Assembly: GCA_964016885.1 (NCBI GenBank)
Contig: OZ024745.1
Coordinates: 112,158,001-112,222,000, forward strand
Direction of reading: 5' to 3'
Length of the DNA stretch: 64,000 nucleotides
From: Eledone cirrhosa
Taxonomy: Eukaryota
The translations under genes and the position numbers were made by a program. Below are positions 1 through 14,101 of the stretch, one piece after another; the stretch's first letter is position 1, and each line of letters starts with the position of its first letter. Below the pieces are notes generated by a model that saw only the letters and a list, made by a program, of their open reading frames with translations, did not search any database and was not told where the DNA came from.

Positions 1-1274
1 ATACTTTCTGAAGTGAGGACATGACATAAAAACCGCACCTTTGGAATCGAGGTATTCTCTGAAGGATTTTCTTGAAGAATTAGGGTATCTTAATCACCTT
101 AATTAGCATATTTCTAATTTACACCTTCTCTAAGTACGGGCAGCTTATAACTATAAGCTTCACAATCATTTCAAATGCTAGGCCTCACAATCATTGAGAA
201 ACTCGTATGATAATCGCACATTCTTAATATAGCTAGGACTGCATCTCAACTATTGGTCTTTCTCTTCAGTGGTTAGAAAATACTTCAGTCACAAACAAAT
301 ACTAACCCTCCACAAAGCTGAGGTTAGGCGCACAATTTTTAGTTTATCGTATATGGAATGTTCAGATGATAACTAATCTCAGGGTTTGTTCCAAATCAAT
401 AACCAAACAAACTGAAAATTAAAGTCAATTGTAAGAATTAAAAAACAAAACAAAACAATATAGATGTGTAAGTGATTTAATCGTTACCATTTGTTGAGGG
501 AGATTGGCTGCTATTTATATAAGGTTCAAAGTCCACATAGTCTAATCTGGCTATTGTAGGTCAGTGTAGTGCGAAAGAAAAGTGTAGAATGTGGAAGCGT
601 AAAAAAGCGAAATTATTAGGTGTCAAACAAAACGAAAATCAGTTAAGTGAAGTGTGAAATTATGATAGCACCAATCATAGCTAATATTGTTTTGTTAACA
701 ATATACACCTGATTTAACATTTGTTTCTGAGTGTATTTTATTAGATTTGAAAACAATTTTCAACCAGATTATATTTTGATACAAGAACAGAATTGTTATT
801 TAAAAAAACAACAACAAAAAAAACAAAAAACAAAACAACAGTTTCGGTTAATAGAATATTGTTCACTTATTGTTCACTATTTTGGTCATTCTTTTATTAT
901 TTGGTATTCCCATAACGAAATGTCATGATACAATTGATCGAGGAATGTACAATGGCATCTCAGAATTTATTGCTGTTGGACGTCTATCGTTTACGGCGAC
1001 GAGTGTTCAAGTTGATTTAATCAACGGAACTGCCTTCTCTTGAAATTAACGTGTATCTATGAGATTTTGATATTATTTATTTTGAGAACAATACCTTAAA
1101 GTTGGTAGGAGGGGTCAATTATGACTGGTTTGAACAGAAAGAGGTGAAAGAATTCTTGCCGGATACGGCCGGTTTAAATGCTAAAGAGTTAACGTAGATT
1201 TGAGTGAGATTTAGTGAACTGGAGCAACGTGAAATAGTGTCTTGCTGAAGAACACAATGCACTGTTGTCAATGT

Positions 1275-1490
1275 TGGCCTCAGTACTACTCGTTGAAGGC
1301 CTTCCGCTCCTGGGGGTCGTCTTTTACGTCCACGCCTCAATGTTTGAGCCTATTGTGCCACTCGAAAATCCCTGAGCGCAACATCGTCTCATCTCTGTAC
1401 ATTTGTTGCAGTATTCCGAATGCTTCTGACGGAGTTTTCCCCAGCTAAACCAGAAATTTCCGGTTGGTTCGTTGCTCTGTGCCTATCGCT
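1275..1490 (-). pseudogene. Mariner transposase N-terminal HTH relic
   Basis: TEQRTNRKFLV*LGKTPSEAFGILQQMYRDETMLRSGIFEWHNRLKH*..DDP, then a frameshift into RSGRPSTS. Confidence 0.85.
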
Positions 1491-1944
1491 CGATGGCCTA
1501 AAATTGAGGAGCTGTTAATGAGAAACACGGGGAAAAACATACAATGGCTGCATAAAAAAGATTCAAAGCAAGAACATTAACAGTACCAATAATTGTTGTC
1601 TGGAAGCCCCGTTGTTGATTTAAGTTTTATTGCTTAACAGTAATTCTTCGCCAGACAGGTTTATGTTTTGCTGTCATCAGTAAATTGGTAAATCGACAAA
1701 TTGTGGGCTAGATTCACGGGAGTATATCTCTTTACTGTTCAAATATATAACATATGTATTTTCATGTGTACTGTTAACCTCAGCTGTTTAGTATGATCCT
1801 TCTAATGAAATCTTTGTATATTTGTATGTTATTCTAAACTGAAATACTGTATTGGGTGTCACTGCTGTGTAAATGTGTTCATACATTCCAATGTGTCTGT
1901 CGTTTTTTTCCTGTCGTGCGTGTCCAGTGGTGGTGATAAAAAAA

Positions 1945-2223
1945 GTCTAAAGTCTGTCTTAAGCCAGAAGACTCATTTGGCCGGTGCTTATCCCCGGTTT
2001 CATGGCGTGAAGTGACTGAGAGAACAAGACTCCCCCTGGACAGGACGCCAGTCCATCGCAGGGTTAAACCTCCAGCCATTGCTGGTACTCATTTTCAGCT
2101 GAGTATACTGGAGCAACGTGAAATGAAGTGTTTTGCTCAAGAACACAACACGCAGCCCAGGAATCGAACCCACGACATTATGATCGTAAGTCCAACACTC
2201 TTACCACTAGGCCACGTGCCTCA
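1945..2223 (-). mobile_element. Second tRNA-derived SINE family (Meta-domain-like)
   Basis: Minus strand: tggcctagtggtaag (A box), ggttcgattcc (B box), ttgagcaaaacactt, aaccctgcgatggactggcgtcctgtccagggg. Related copies at 17650-17990, 22170-22320, 38130-38235 and 53200-53310. Confidence 0.8.
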
Positions 2224-2596
2224 GTGGTGGTGATAGCATTAACAATATCTTGTCGACCTCGTCGATCTTATTGATACTCCCAGGGCCGCGGCGTGGACTC
2301 TCCTATCTTGATCCCTGTCAGTCGTTGAGTTGACCCAATGTACGCCTCACCATATTACTCTATTACTTGATCCATTCGACTGGCTGTTGCCATGCTGAGG
2401 CACTGCCATTAAAACTATTGTATCGACCGGGAAACGAACCTGAACCGCCCGCTAGCATATTGCCAAATTAACTTGTAAATAAATAGGTTTCTAAACATTG
2501 ATTGGCGACTGTTGGGTAACTTATTCCATCCTATTTGGAATCTATATATACATTTCTGTGATTCTGTCACAACACGTAAACAGAGAGGAATAGTTT

Positions 2597-2812
2597 GACT
2601 ACCTCATACTACTCCTCTCTACAACAAAAACAGGGTGCTACTACCACAGTTGTTATGACTACTTCATACTACTCCTCTCTGTTTACAACAAAATACAGGG
2701 GGCTACTACCACTGTTGTTATGACTACCTCATACTACCCCTCTCTCTTTACAACAAAATACAGGGTGCTACTACCACTGTTGTTATGACTACTTCATACT
2801 ACTCTTCTCTCT
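2597..2812. repeat. ~60-bp tandem repeat, about 3.5 copies
   Basis: gactac(c/t)tcatactactcctctct..acaacaaaatacagggtgctactaccactgttgttat. Confidence 0.85.
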
Positions 2813-4606
2813 TCCCATATAAATATATACGTATGCACATACACACAAGCACACACATATACGCATACGCGTCAGCGTATGGGAAAACATTCTAGTTGAT
2901 TAAGAAGCTAGATTGGTAGATATTGTCTTAGAGTATAGCCACTCAAGATTTCTGTTTCAAGTAAGCGTCATAAAAACCTATAGTTCAATAGATCTATAAT
3001 TACTAACAGCTTCCTGATCAGGCAACTCAATTAGGTCTAAAAACATAAAATAAGTATCCCATTCGTAATCACTTTCATTCGAAAATAAATCATTTGAACT
3101 GCCTTAATTCTCAGGCTTGTTGATTCATTAATAGGAACAGAAATATTGTCATATATCTGCTTGAAATGATGGTTATATGATCAATTTTCTCTGTAGCACT
3201 AGTGCAGAAATATAGTCCTGTTCCAGCGTCAACACTATTTTTTCTTTTGATGTTACTGTAAAGCAAAGGGATCAGTGTATGGTTTGTCATTCTCAGTTAA
3301 ATTAAATGCAGAATTCCAAACTGAACAACTTATCTTTAAATGTGAAGCATTCATGGTGTTTGGAATTGGAATTGGACTCCACTCCTCGCACTAGTGTGAC
3401 GGAGATAATTAATTACATGGACATTGATATGAAATGAAAATTTGCCAGCTGTCAAGCAGATAAATGGCAACATTTTTGTTCTCATTAAGGAATCAACGTT
3501 TCCCAAGAGAATTTTCACTTGCTCTATTTTCAGCACTTCGAGCAGCAATGTGGACTTTTAACAATATATGACGAACAATTTCTATTTATCAGAGACTTCA
3601 GATGTGTACTACTATCGGTTCTATAACAGGAAACATAAAATATCTACTATTAATTTGACAGTCTCGAATCCTTACGAGTGAAATATTTCACTTTGTTCAT
3701 GTTTTTCTTTTGTTCAAAGGCCGCCAGGGTATACTTTCATTATCCCAAGGTCAATAAATAAAGTACCAGTCTAGATCGATGGACTGGTGGACTCATTAGA
3801 ATGCCGGATATAGTGACTTGTTCTGGCTGTGTTCTAAGTTGAAATACCACGGCGCTCTACTTGGAGAATGGACTTAATTCATCACCCGCTGTAACATCAC
3901 AACTTGGCCCGTGGGCACCTTTAACTGTCCCCACTCTTGTTGCAATTTGAGTGAGGTTTCCGGTTTGAGGAGACCTTCCTCCTGACTAAGCGAAAAAAAC
4001 AAAAAAACAAAAAAAAAACGAACTTATTTTATCATCCACGAAGTTTAATTAGGTAGAAGTTTCTTTCGTTTTCTGTCTAAATACCTGAAAAAGAATACAA
4101 CCTTATTTTAAAGCCCCACTATTCTCAGCAATCGTGATCAATGAGAATATGACGCAAGATCTTGAATAGCTGTAGCGTGTGAGTTGGCAATGAGTTTCTT
4201 TTCTGCACCAACCAAAGACTCTGGGGATTTTTACTGCAAATAATTAATATAATTACACGTTTTCTTCTTATATGAAAGCAGTTCTTAGCAAGTGATGAAA
4301 TGATAGGTGTGAGCTGGTAAGACTCAGGATGTCTCCTTATCACTCAGAAGTCGGGCTGAGGGACATAGAATGACGAGCAACAGAAACAGATGTTCAAAAC
4401 AGCTTAAATATTGCCAAGTAGAACAGTAGAATCTAAAAATAAATTAAATTAAACACATTTTTATTGTTAAATAATATATTATTCAATCATCAGCACTCCC
4501 ATATTTTTCACTTGAAGCTACTTTTTTAAGAGAATCATTGTCATTCTTAATATAATAAAAACAATTCAGCAGCTTTTACCACATATCTCTTCACATTATT
4601 TATCAC

Positions 4607-5000
4607 AGCGGTGGTAGATTGGCAGAATCGGTAGAGCGTCAGACAACATGCTTTCTAGCATAGTTACGTCCCTTTACAGTCTGAGTTCAAATCCCGCCGA
4701 GGTTAACTTTGCCTTTCATCCTTATGGGGGTCGATAAAATAAAGTACCAGTAATGCTCTGGGTAATTGCTGGCCTTGTACCAAAAGTAGAAACAATTATT
4801 TATGACAGCGGTGGATTGGCAGTATCGGTAGAGGGTCGGACGCTATGCTTTGCAGCATAGTTACGTGCCTTTACGGACTGAGTTCAAATCCCGCCGAGGT
4901 TAACTTTGCCTTTCAGCCTTACGGAGTCGATAAAATAAAGTACCAGTAATGCACTGGTGTAATTGCTGGCCTTGTGCCAAAAGTAGACACAATTATTTAT
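4607..5000 (+). mobile_element. Two tandem tRNA-derived Deu/Nin-domain SINEs
   Basis: A box tggcagaatcgg, B box gagttcaaatcc, core gcctttcatccttacggggtcgataaaataaagtacc, and ATT tail. Confidence 0.85.
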
Positions 5001-5094
5001 CACAGAGAAAAACTCCTTCAATTGGTGCAGAAGAACCAAGAAGACAACAGTAAGCCTTTTTCTTTCTTTCTTTTTTAATCTAATATGTGTCTTT

Positions 5095-7018
5095 CTTGGC
5101 AACGAGAGAAAACAATTTGTCACTTTTCTTTATATTTAAAGTTCTATATTGCCTAAACCTCTGCCTTAAAAGTCCCAAAACTTTCCACAATAACAATCTT
5201 ATTAAATAATTGATCAATATATACTAATTGCTTTCCAATCTTTTGGTTGATCTTAACTGTGACCGCTCAACACTGGACCAAATTATGTCTCCAGAATTTA
5301 ACTACAAAAACGTTTCCTGTTCAAAGTTCTCTATTCATATGTCTAGGTATAAGGGGCATCTTTTAAGAAAATCTTTTAATTCTTTCTTCACCTTTTTAAC
5401 GTTTTCACAATTTTCTTCAAGGTTTGTTAGCAAGGTCTTTGCATCTTTTCATTGTACTATGTTTGTTTTGAATCAGGTTTTGAACTTCTAGTTTGATAAC
5501 TGCTGCATTGGAATTTTTCTTCTCTGTGGACAGAATCGATTTGGTGAGAATGCAAAGCTATCCATATAAAAACCATAAATACATTTCTCCAAAATCATTT
5601 TCAAAGAATTGTTTTTCTTAATCCCAGTCAGTTTTCTTAGGAACAAAAGTAGGATTTCAAGCAATCAAAATTGTTAAGAATTCTTTCAACCACTGGTAGC
5701 ATTGACACAAAATCTGGTATTACCATTCTACTCTGGTAAAGTCAAAACATCCTTTTAGCCGTGTTACACAAACTGTGTATATATGAAAACATTAAACATG
5801 TTTCACAAGAAGTTCTTCGATATCAATTAGTAATAGATTAACAACTGTTTGGAGATAGTTGTGCACAATATGTGAAATACAGCCAATCCCAACAAGGTTC
5901 ATTCCAGGTTTGATTCTTAATCAGCTAAATTTGTTGTTCTTGTCTTTCCGTTTTACGCCACAAATATTTGTTGCAGTTGTCACCACAAGACCTAACAACT
6001 TTTCCATCAATCCGTGATGAACAATAACTGAGAGTAAGGCATTAGTGAAGATCTTATCCGTTTCACCTGGAACAGTGAGTAAATACCCCCACCGCGACCT
6101 GGAATATAATGAGAAGTATCATTTTAACACCTTTTCGATTCAAAGCATCCATAGAAATTATCACGAAATTTGCCCCGATAGGTCTTTTAGCTAGCTTAGA
6201 TTTAGCCATTGGTGAAATTACGTTTAAAATTATGGCTTCAGGTTTTATCCGAGTTAGAGAAACTTTGGCTCAAAATATTTTGAGATCAACTTTCACGAAC
6301 TGTTGGATGTATTGAAACTCAGGTTATGAGAAACGATATGAAAAAAAAAAAGTGGTTTCGTTAGTAGCAACGAGAAGCTCAAATTCGATTTATTTCTGCC
6401 TTAAAAAAAAAAGAAAAGTATCTAATCGTGGTGAACTAGCAATAAAACTCACTTTTTGCCTTTGAGATTTCAAACGGTTTTTAATATCCAATCTACCTCC
6501 ATATGTCAGAGATATCTTTGAAAAACAGTGATCACACGTTACTTTGTCGACACAAAGGCTTTTCTTTTTTTAATTTTATTTAGAAAAGCGTAATCATTCT
6601 TGAGTTCTTTTGTAAATACACGCACCATTTTCGGCATTGTAAAAATAAAGCAAATTTTTAAAAGGGAATTATGTATGAAATAACAAAGTAAAGAGAAATA
6701 TGAACTATGTATCAGATGTGGTTTAATCTGGAACGCACCATCAACCGGAAAAATGTACAGCCATTAACATAGCAAGAAAAATAGCGATGAAATATGCAGA
6801 GCAAATTGTCTATTCATGAAGCAAATAAAAAAAATCATTGTTACTTAATCCAAAAGTCCCTGTTTATATCACATATTTGAGCGCAGCAAAAACATATGAA
6901 CACTTAAGGGGGGGGGGGGGTGTTTCCATAAATGTGTGTATGTGTGTCTATATGCACGTGCACATATATGTGAGAGAGAAAGGAGAATTTGTGTTCGGTT
7001 GTTAAAAATTAAGCAGAG

Positions 7019-7102
<84 letters not shown>

Positions 7103-7845
7103 TCTCGGTCAGAGGTGAGCGGCAACTTGTATAGGTTCCTTTAACAATTTTCATGAGTTGTATAAGGGACAAGTTGTGTCGTTCAAATTGTACAGCCAAT
7201 CTCTATTTCTCTGGAAAAAAAAACCTGTCTTATACAAGGCCTAATATTAACAGCTATTAATGTGCGAACCGAGGGTGGTGGATTGGTAGAATAGTTTGTG
7301 CATCGAACAAAATGCTTTGTGATATAATGAGTTAAAATCCGGCCGAGGTCAACTTTGTCTTTCATTCGTTCAGGGCCGATAAAATAAAGTACTAGTGAAG
7401 TACTTGAGCCGATGTTCGATGTAAGCAACTTTCTCTTACTCCAAAACTTCGGTCCTTATGTCGAATTAGAAAGCGTTAACGTGCGAATAGGTCGGAGTTC
7501 AGAGAACTCCATGTTTTTCACACCCAACCTCTATATTCCATGTTATCAACTGTTTTTTTTTTTTTAGAGGCAATCTGGTTTTTCAATGGTTATCTTTTTT
7601 TTTCACCAACCGTAAGAACAATTCTGAATATTATGTTTTTATGTGTGAGTGGAGCGAAGGGTTTTAGTTTCAAATCCTGGTTTCATTATGCACTAGAAAT
7701 ACTAATTAGTATCAATGCCTTGCAATTTTTCTCTCTCAAAAGAAAAAAGACCAAAAATAGGGACATATTTTCAAACCATCGGGACGCCAGGGCAACGTTA
7801 ATAAACCCGGACAGACCTGGTTAAACTGAGACCTAAATAACCCTA
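5095..7845 (-). mobile_element. Decayed hAT (Blackjack-like) DNA transposon
   Basis: Near 6640-6460 (-): MPKMVRVFTKELKNDYAFL..KVTCDHCFSKISLTYGGRLDIKNRLKS. Possible TAGGGT terminus at 7845. Boundaries are approximate. Confidence 0.6.
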
Positions 7846-8114
7846 CGTATAACAACTGCACATATTAATTGTATAATCCATACACTATTAATCTAATCAA
7901 ACTTTAAAGTGTGATTTCTAGTTAGAAATATCATTGTTGATTATATCAGCACTAACATTAACTGCTAACTACTATTGCCCATAACTTACAGCTAACGCTT
8001 TAGATGTCACTAACACACTTGATAAATATTACTTCTTTCACACTGTTACTGCTGCTGCTGCTGTTACTACTACTACTACTACTACTACTGTTACTACTGC
8101 TGCTGCTGCTACTA

Positions 8115-8146
<32 letters not shown>

Positions 8147-8189
8147 TCTGCTGCTACTACTACTACTACTACTGCTGCTGCTGCTACTG

Positions 8190-8238
<49 letters not shown>

Positions 8239-8971
8239 CACCGCCACCAACACCACCACCCACTATTACAGCATGGTGTTGGTGGTTGTACTGGTTCTGG
8301 TATCAATGGCGGAGATGATCATATAATAGAAATAGAAAGTAGAATGTTTAACATTGGCGCAGAGATAAAAATTTGATGAAGAAGAAATCAGAAGGAATGA
8401 AGAAAGAATAATTTTTATAGAAGAAAATCTAGTGGAATCTATAAAACAGACTGTAAAAGAACCGAGACTACAGCGTAAGCAGTGTATAGAGAAAACTCAA
8501 CAGAGCTGCAGAAACTTGGATTCCATGAAAAAACAACAACAACAACAAAAAAAACAACAACAACAAAGAAAAAATACAAAAAATAGAGAAAAAAACTCCA
8601 ACTTATTCTACTATTAACACGTTGGAATAAATGATATAAACAAGTTGTGCGGGAGAAATTGAGAGAGAGAATTGAAGTAATATCAGTGTTGCACAGGCTA
8701 TGTAAAGAAAAGAGAGAATGAACTCAACTGTTTGTTGTCTGGATATAAAATACTTGCTGGGAATGATTGTATTAAGAAGTATAAAAATGTATTGATGGAC
8801 TTTAACTGTGTAGCATAGGCAAAGCAGCAATGAATGATTGGTTGAAATAAGCCGAGTATAAAGGTATAAAGGTATAAAGGTATAAAGCAAGATGATATAG
8901 ATAGAGTTCTATCCACATTGAAGAACGAGGAAAAGAAACTGTGTAGCGATTTTTGATTACCACCACCACTT

Positions 8972-9420
8972 CCTCCTTCTTCTTCTTCTTCTTCTTCTTC
9001 TTCTTCTTCTTCTTCTTCTTCTTCTTCTTCTTCTTCTTCTTCTTCTTCCTGGTAGGGCCGTGAAGGCAGAGTCCTCAGACACGCATTCCAAGGGATTTTT
9101 TTTTATTAGAAGCAACCATCTCCAGTTGATCCGGCTGAAACACCAAGTGGGACCAACCGAGCTCATGGACGTATTCCAACTATTTTAATCGCGGTCAACC
9201 CCTGGATCTCCTACCGGTTGGTTTTGCCCGTAAAATCTGTCCAGCGATTCTTTCCTAAGACATTCTAATCACATCTCCGTAGTATCGGAGCTGTGATCTC
9301 TCAATTCAGAGAAGTAGCAACTCTACCTGGAGCGACTCCTTGATTTTCAAGCTACGTACTCTATCGAGTAACGCTATTTCAAAGATCCTTCGGAGGAACC
9401 CTATTTTGGCCACTTGTGTT
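8972..9420 (-). mobile_element. RTE-like LINE 3' end with (GAA)n tail
   Basis: Homologous to 11272-11462 (ERIAGQILRAKP..RGRPRKRWLD) and ends in a TTC repeat on the plus strand. Confidence 0.75.
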
Positions 9421-11271
9421 CGCGATTGTATACCATCGGTCATTACCCAAGATTCATGGCCATTTTGAATATCACATGCGTAAATCTCCTGTTAGACGTT
9501 CGTATTTAACTTCAAAGTTACTCACAAAAAATAGATATGGATTTTTGATAAGGCTTTTCATTGTGAGAAAAAGACAATCTGAACCCCCCCCCCCAAAAAC
9601 ATAACGAACAAAGAAAGAAACAAATAAACAAAAGCAAGAGAAGATAAGAAAATACAAATGTTTAAGGTGCATGAAAAGAGGATTGTGGCAATTGTGATTG
9701 GTTAAGTGGACAAATGATTGAAACCAAAGGATAAAAGAGCAAGTGAATTAATGGAAAGAGGTTAAGGGAGTATGTATACGTCTAGTTGTAGAACATAGTG
9801 AAGTATAAAATAGAAAGAACATTGAAAAAGCTATTGTTTGGAATTGTCTAAAAAACAACAACCAAAACCTAAACCAAACAAACAAAGCGAGACTTTGTCT
9901 GACCTAAATGGACTAAAAATCTCTTGGAAGATAAGCATCTCCAGACATTCTATTAAAAATAATTGTTTCTACGTTAGGCACAAGGCCAGCAATTACCCAG
10001 TGTATTACTGGTACTTTATTTTATCGACCCCGTAAGGATGAAAGGCAAAGTTAACCTCGGCGGGATTTGAACTCAGAATATTCTATTAGAAATAATATTA
10101 ATAACTGAACTTAGAACGTAAAACGCTTTAACTATAGGTCACAAAGCATGTCCGACGCTCTACCGATACTGCCAATCAACTGCCAATATTTAGACACAAG
10201 GCCAGCAATTTTGGAGATATAAATAAATACCGCAAAGCATGCTGTCCGATGCTCTACCGACCCTATCAATCCACTACTCTATAATAACAAAATAATTGTT
10301 TCTACTTTTGGCACAAGGCCAGCAATTACCCAGTACATTACTGGTACTTTATTTTATCGACCCCGTAAGGATGAAAGGCAAAGTTAACCTCGGCGGGATT
10401 TGAACTCAGACCGTAAAGGGACGTAACTATGCTGGAAAGCATGGCGTCCGACTCTCTACTGATACTGCCAATCCACCGCCCTATAATAACAAAATAATTG
10501 TTTCTATCTTTGGCACAAGGCCAGCAACTATCCCAGTGTATTACTGGTACTTTATTTTATCGACCCCGTAAGGATGAAAGGCAAAGTTAACCTCGGCGAG
10601 ATTTGAACTCAGACCATAAAGGGCCGTAACTCTTTGCTGCAAAGCATGGCGTCCGACCCTCTACCGATACTGCCAATCCAATAATGGTTTCTGATTTAGG
10701 CACAAGGCCAACAATTTTGGGAGAGGGGGAAAATCGATTGAATCGGCCCCAATGTGTTTCTGGTGCTTTATTTTATCGACACCGTAAGGATGAGAAGCAA
10801 AGCTAACCTCGGCGAGATTTGAACTCAGAACGTTAAATTCCGTAACTATTTGCCACAAAACATATTGTCCGACGCTCTACCGATACTGCCAATCCACGAA
10901 ACAATAATAGTTTCTGATTTAATAATTGTTTCTACGTTTGGCACAAGGCCAGCTATTACCCCAGTGTATTACTGGTACTTTATTTTATCGACCCGGTAAG
11001 GATGAAAGGCAAAGTTAACCTCGGCGGGATTTGAACTCAGAATGACAAGGGCCGTAACTCTATACGTCAAAGCATGGCGTCCGACCCTCTACCGATACTA
11101 TCAATCCACCATTGTTTCTGATTTAATAATGATAATAATAATTGTTTCTACTTTAGGCACAAGGCCAGCAATTACCCAGTGCATTACTGGTACTTTATTT
11201 TATCGACCCCATCGACCCCAGTGTGTTGCTGGTACTTTATTTTATCGACTGCGTAAGAATGAAAAGCAAAA

Positions 11272-11462
11272 TTAATGTCTAAGGAAAGAATTGCTGGACA
11301 GATTTTACGAGCAAAACCAACTAGCAGGATACCCAGGGGTAGACCCCGAAAAAGATGGCTGGATAACATTCATGAGATCGACTGGTCTCACTTGGGGATC
11401 CAGCCGGATCAATTGGTTCCGCTGGATGGCGTGCTTGAGGACTCTCCCCTCACGACCCTGAT
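11272..11462 (+). mobile_element. RTE-like LINE 3' fragment
   Basis: MSKERIAGQILRAKPTSRIPRGRPRKRWLDNI. Further copies at 23205-23487 (+) and 36730-36797 (-). Confidence 0.75.
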
Positions 11463-11810
11463 GCGCACATCTCGTAGCCACCGAAGATGGGTGCGAAATT
11501 TCGTGTGTTGGAAATTCTGGTCTTGCTGATGGCCACCACATCTATGTTTAGTGACCTGAGGTCGTTGAGCAGGTGACTCTGCTTCCAAGACGATCCCAGG
11601 CCATGTGCATTTACACCGCCTATCTTGAAGGATGAAGAAAAAGTGGGAAAGGCCACCTTCCTTAGTCTTTTTTTGGGAAAAGACGATTGTTCCGTCCCCA
11701 TGGTCAGATGTGGGTTCATTTGCAAGTATGTCTCCACATATCCCTACGGAGAGTGTCCTTCGGTATTCACCTATTGCCTCGGGGAATTTTGTTTTCAAAT
11801 TTGTGTACGT
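11462..11810 (-). mobile_element. L1/Tx1-type apurinic-like endonuclease N-terminal fragment
   Basis: KIGGVNAHGLGSSWKQSHLLNDLRSLNIDVVAISKT resembles the xNVRGL...DVxxIQET motif. Confidence 0.65.
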
Positions 11811-12890
11811 TAAAATAATTGTTTCTACTATTGGCACAAGGTCAGCAATTATCCCAGTGTATTACTGGTATTTTATTTTATCGACCCCGTAAGGATGAAA
11901 GGCAAAGATAACCTCAGTAGGATTTGAACTCAGATCGTAAAGGGACGTAACTACGCTGGAAAGCATGTCTGACCCTCTACCAATACTGCCAATTCATCAA
12001 GTCGATTAAATCGATCCAAGCGCGTTACTGATCCTTTAGTTTTTCGACCCCCGTAAGGAGGAAAGGCAATGTTGACCACGATCGGGAATCGAACTCAGAA
12101 TGTAAAGTCCCAGAATAAATACAACAAACAACTGAAATCATCTACCCGTGTCCCACCTGACGAAATCGATTTTGCACCCCATGAAAAAGAAAAGAGAGAA
12201 AGAATTATTGTATATAGACAAATTATACATTAACATGTCATACAACATCATTCAATACCAAATATCATCGTCTTTATTCATAAAGTCCACCATCGTCGCC
12301 GTCACCATCACCATTAATATTGTCCTTATACACACCGTCGCCGTCATCATTTAACATTGTGATGTCCATTTTCCATTCTCAGTTCTGTAAATTAGCTCAT
12401 TTTCAACAGTATCTGTTCTTCTTCGTTTTACTTCCTCTCATTTCTATTCCTATTTTGGTTAGTTTGAAGAGTCCCAATCCAATGCCCGAGTTTACAGAAC
12501 ATCTTCACACTGATTTTCTCTGTTATTACCGACTTCTTTTATCATTTATTAAATCTAATTTTCCCAATTGCGATAAAGATGTACTGCATTAAATTCCTAA
12601 CATTGAACTGATAGAATTACACAAAGAACCAGAGATTTATAAACACAAAAGGGATATAATGATAATGTCAGTAAATGTTAGACTTGATTACAGAGAATCA
12701 ATATCATATAAGGCCAGGTCACGTGTCCCTTTTTTCTTTGCAGGTTTCCGTCTTTCTGCCGCATTATAGAAAAATGAAAGAGAAAAGAGTGGCCGTGCTG
12801 AGAGAGGTAGAAAAGCGAGAAAGAATGTATTATAAAGAGAAGGGGATTAGTTAGATGAATAAATGAGAGATAGAGATATAGGGAAAGAGA

Positions 12891-12972
<82 letters not shown>

Positions 12973-13141
12973 TGGAAAGGGTAATTAAAAATAAGACGTA
13001 ATAAAATAATAGAGTTATAGAGATTAAGTGAATGATGGCGAGAGTTCTCTCTCTCTCTCTTGCCCTCTCTCTCTCTATATGTATATAAATATATATATAT
13101 ACATACATACATGCATAAATATATATAAATATGTGTGTGTG

Positions 13142-13178
<37 letters not shown>

Positions 13179-13252
13179 TTACTGGTAATAAGGCGGTAAA
13201 GAATTACTGACTTTCCCTGTTTATAATTATATATAGTGTATATATAAGTATA

Positions 13253-13341
<89 letters not shown>

Positions 13342-13379
13342 ATTAAATAAATGGAAAACTATATTTATAAAACCATATT

Positions 13380-13445
13380 TATTTCATTATATATATTTCG
13401 GGGATATCATATTAACAATATGCTATGCCTTCATCAGACAAAATA
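13380..13445 (-). ncRNA. Hammerhead ribozyme, inverted copy of 13718-13783
   Basis: Reverse complement in the left arm of the 13.2-13.9 kb inverted repeat. Confidence 0.72.
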
Positions 13446-13717
13446 CAATATAAACAGTTTTATAGATAAATATATTCGACATACCATCTCTCTATTTTGT
13501 TCCATGCATTTCTTCTTTTTCTTTTTTTCTTCTTTTTCTTTTTCTTTTTCTTTTTCTTCCTTCTCTTCGTTCTGTCTTTCTTTCTTTCTTTTTTTCCCTC
13601 TTTTCTTTCTCTCTTTCTTTCTCTCTGTATTCTCACTGCTAGCGTAAACCTCTCCAAATGAAGTTGATGTTTATTACGGTATGTCGAATATATTTATCTA
13701 TAAAACTGTTTATATTG

Positions 13718-13783
13718 TATTTTGTCTGATGAAGGCATAGCATATTGTTAATATGATATCCCCGAAATATATATAATGAAATA
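13718..13783 (+). ncRNA. Minimal type I hammerhead ribozyme
   Basis: UAUUUUGU-CUGAUGA-stem II (CAUAUU/AAUAUG, GG/CC)-GAAA-uauaua-UA-AUGAAAUA. Stem I is 8 bp with two GU pairs. Confidence 0.75.
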
Positions 13784-13821
13784 AATATGGTTTTATAAAT
13801 ATAGTTTTCCATTTATTTAAT

Positions 13822-13876
<55 letters not shown>

Positions 13877-14043
13877 TATACTTATATATACACTATATAT
13901 AATTATAAACAGGAAAAGTCAACGTGAGGTATATGATTTTTAATGCATAAAATATCTATGATCGTTGGCAAATCACTGATGAGGGACTCATTTTATAACA
14001 TGTTATCCATGTGCAACCTGCAGTATTCTTCTCCTCATTTTTT

Positions 14044-14101
<58 letters not shown>

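Larger units (their letters stand above)
9960..12145 (-). mobile_element. Cluster of about 8-9 same-orientation SINE copies with embedded LINE fragments
   Basis: Repeated ttgtttctac..ggcacaaggccagcaatt..tcgaccccgtaaggatgaaaggcaaag units. Confidence 0.85.
13209..13921. repeat. Long inverted repeat containing TA arrays and paired HHRs
   Basis: Arms 13209-13485 and 13678-13921 are near-perfect reverse complements apart from TA-tract length. Confidence 0.92.

Noticed and set aside
2150-2223. tRNA gene
   Set aside because: The A and B boxes belong to a SINE head that continues into a repeated SINE body.
13976-14030. Hammerhead at ctgatgaggga
   Set aside because: No GAAA or closing stems could be found.
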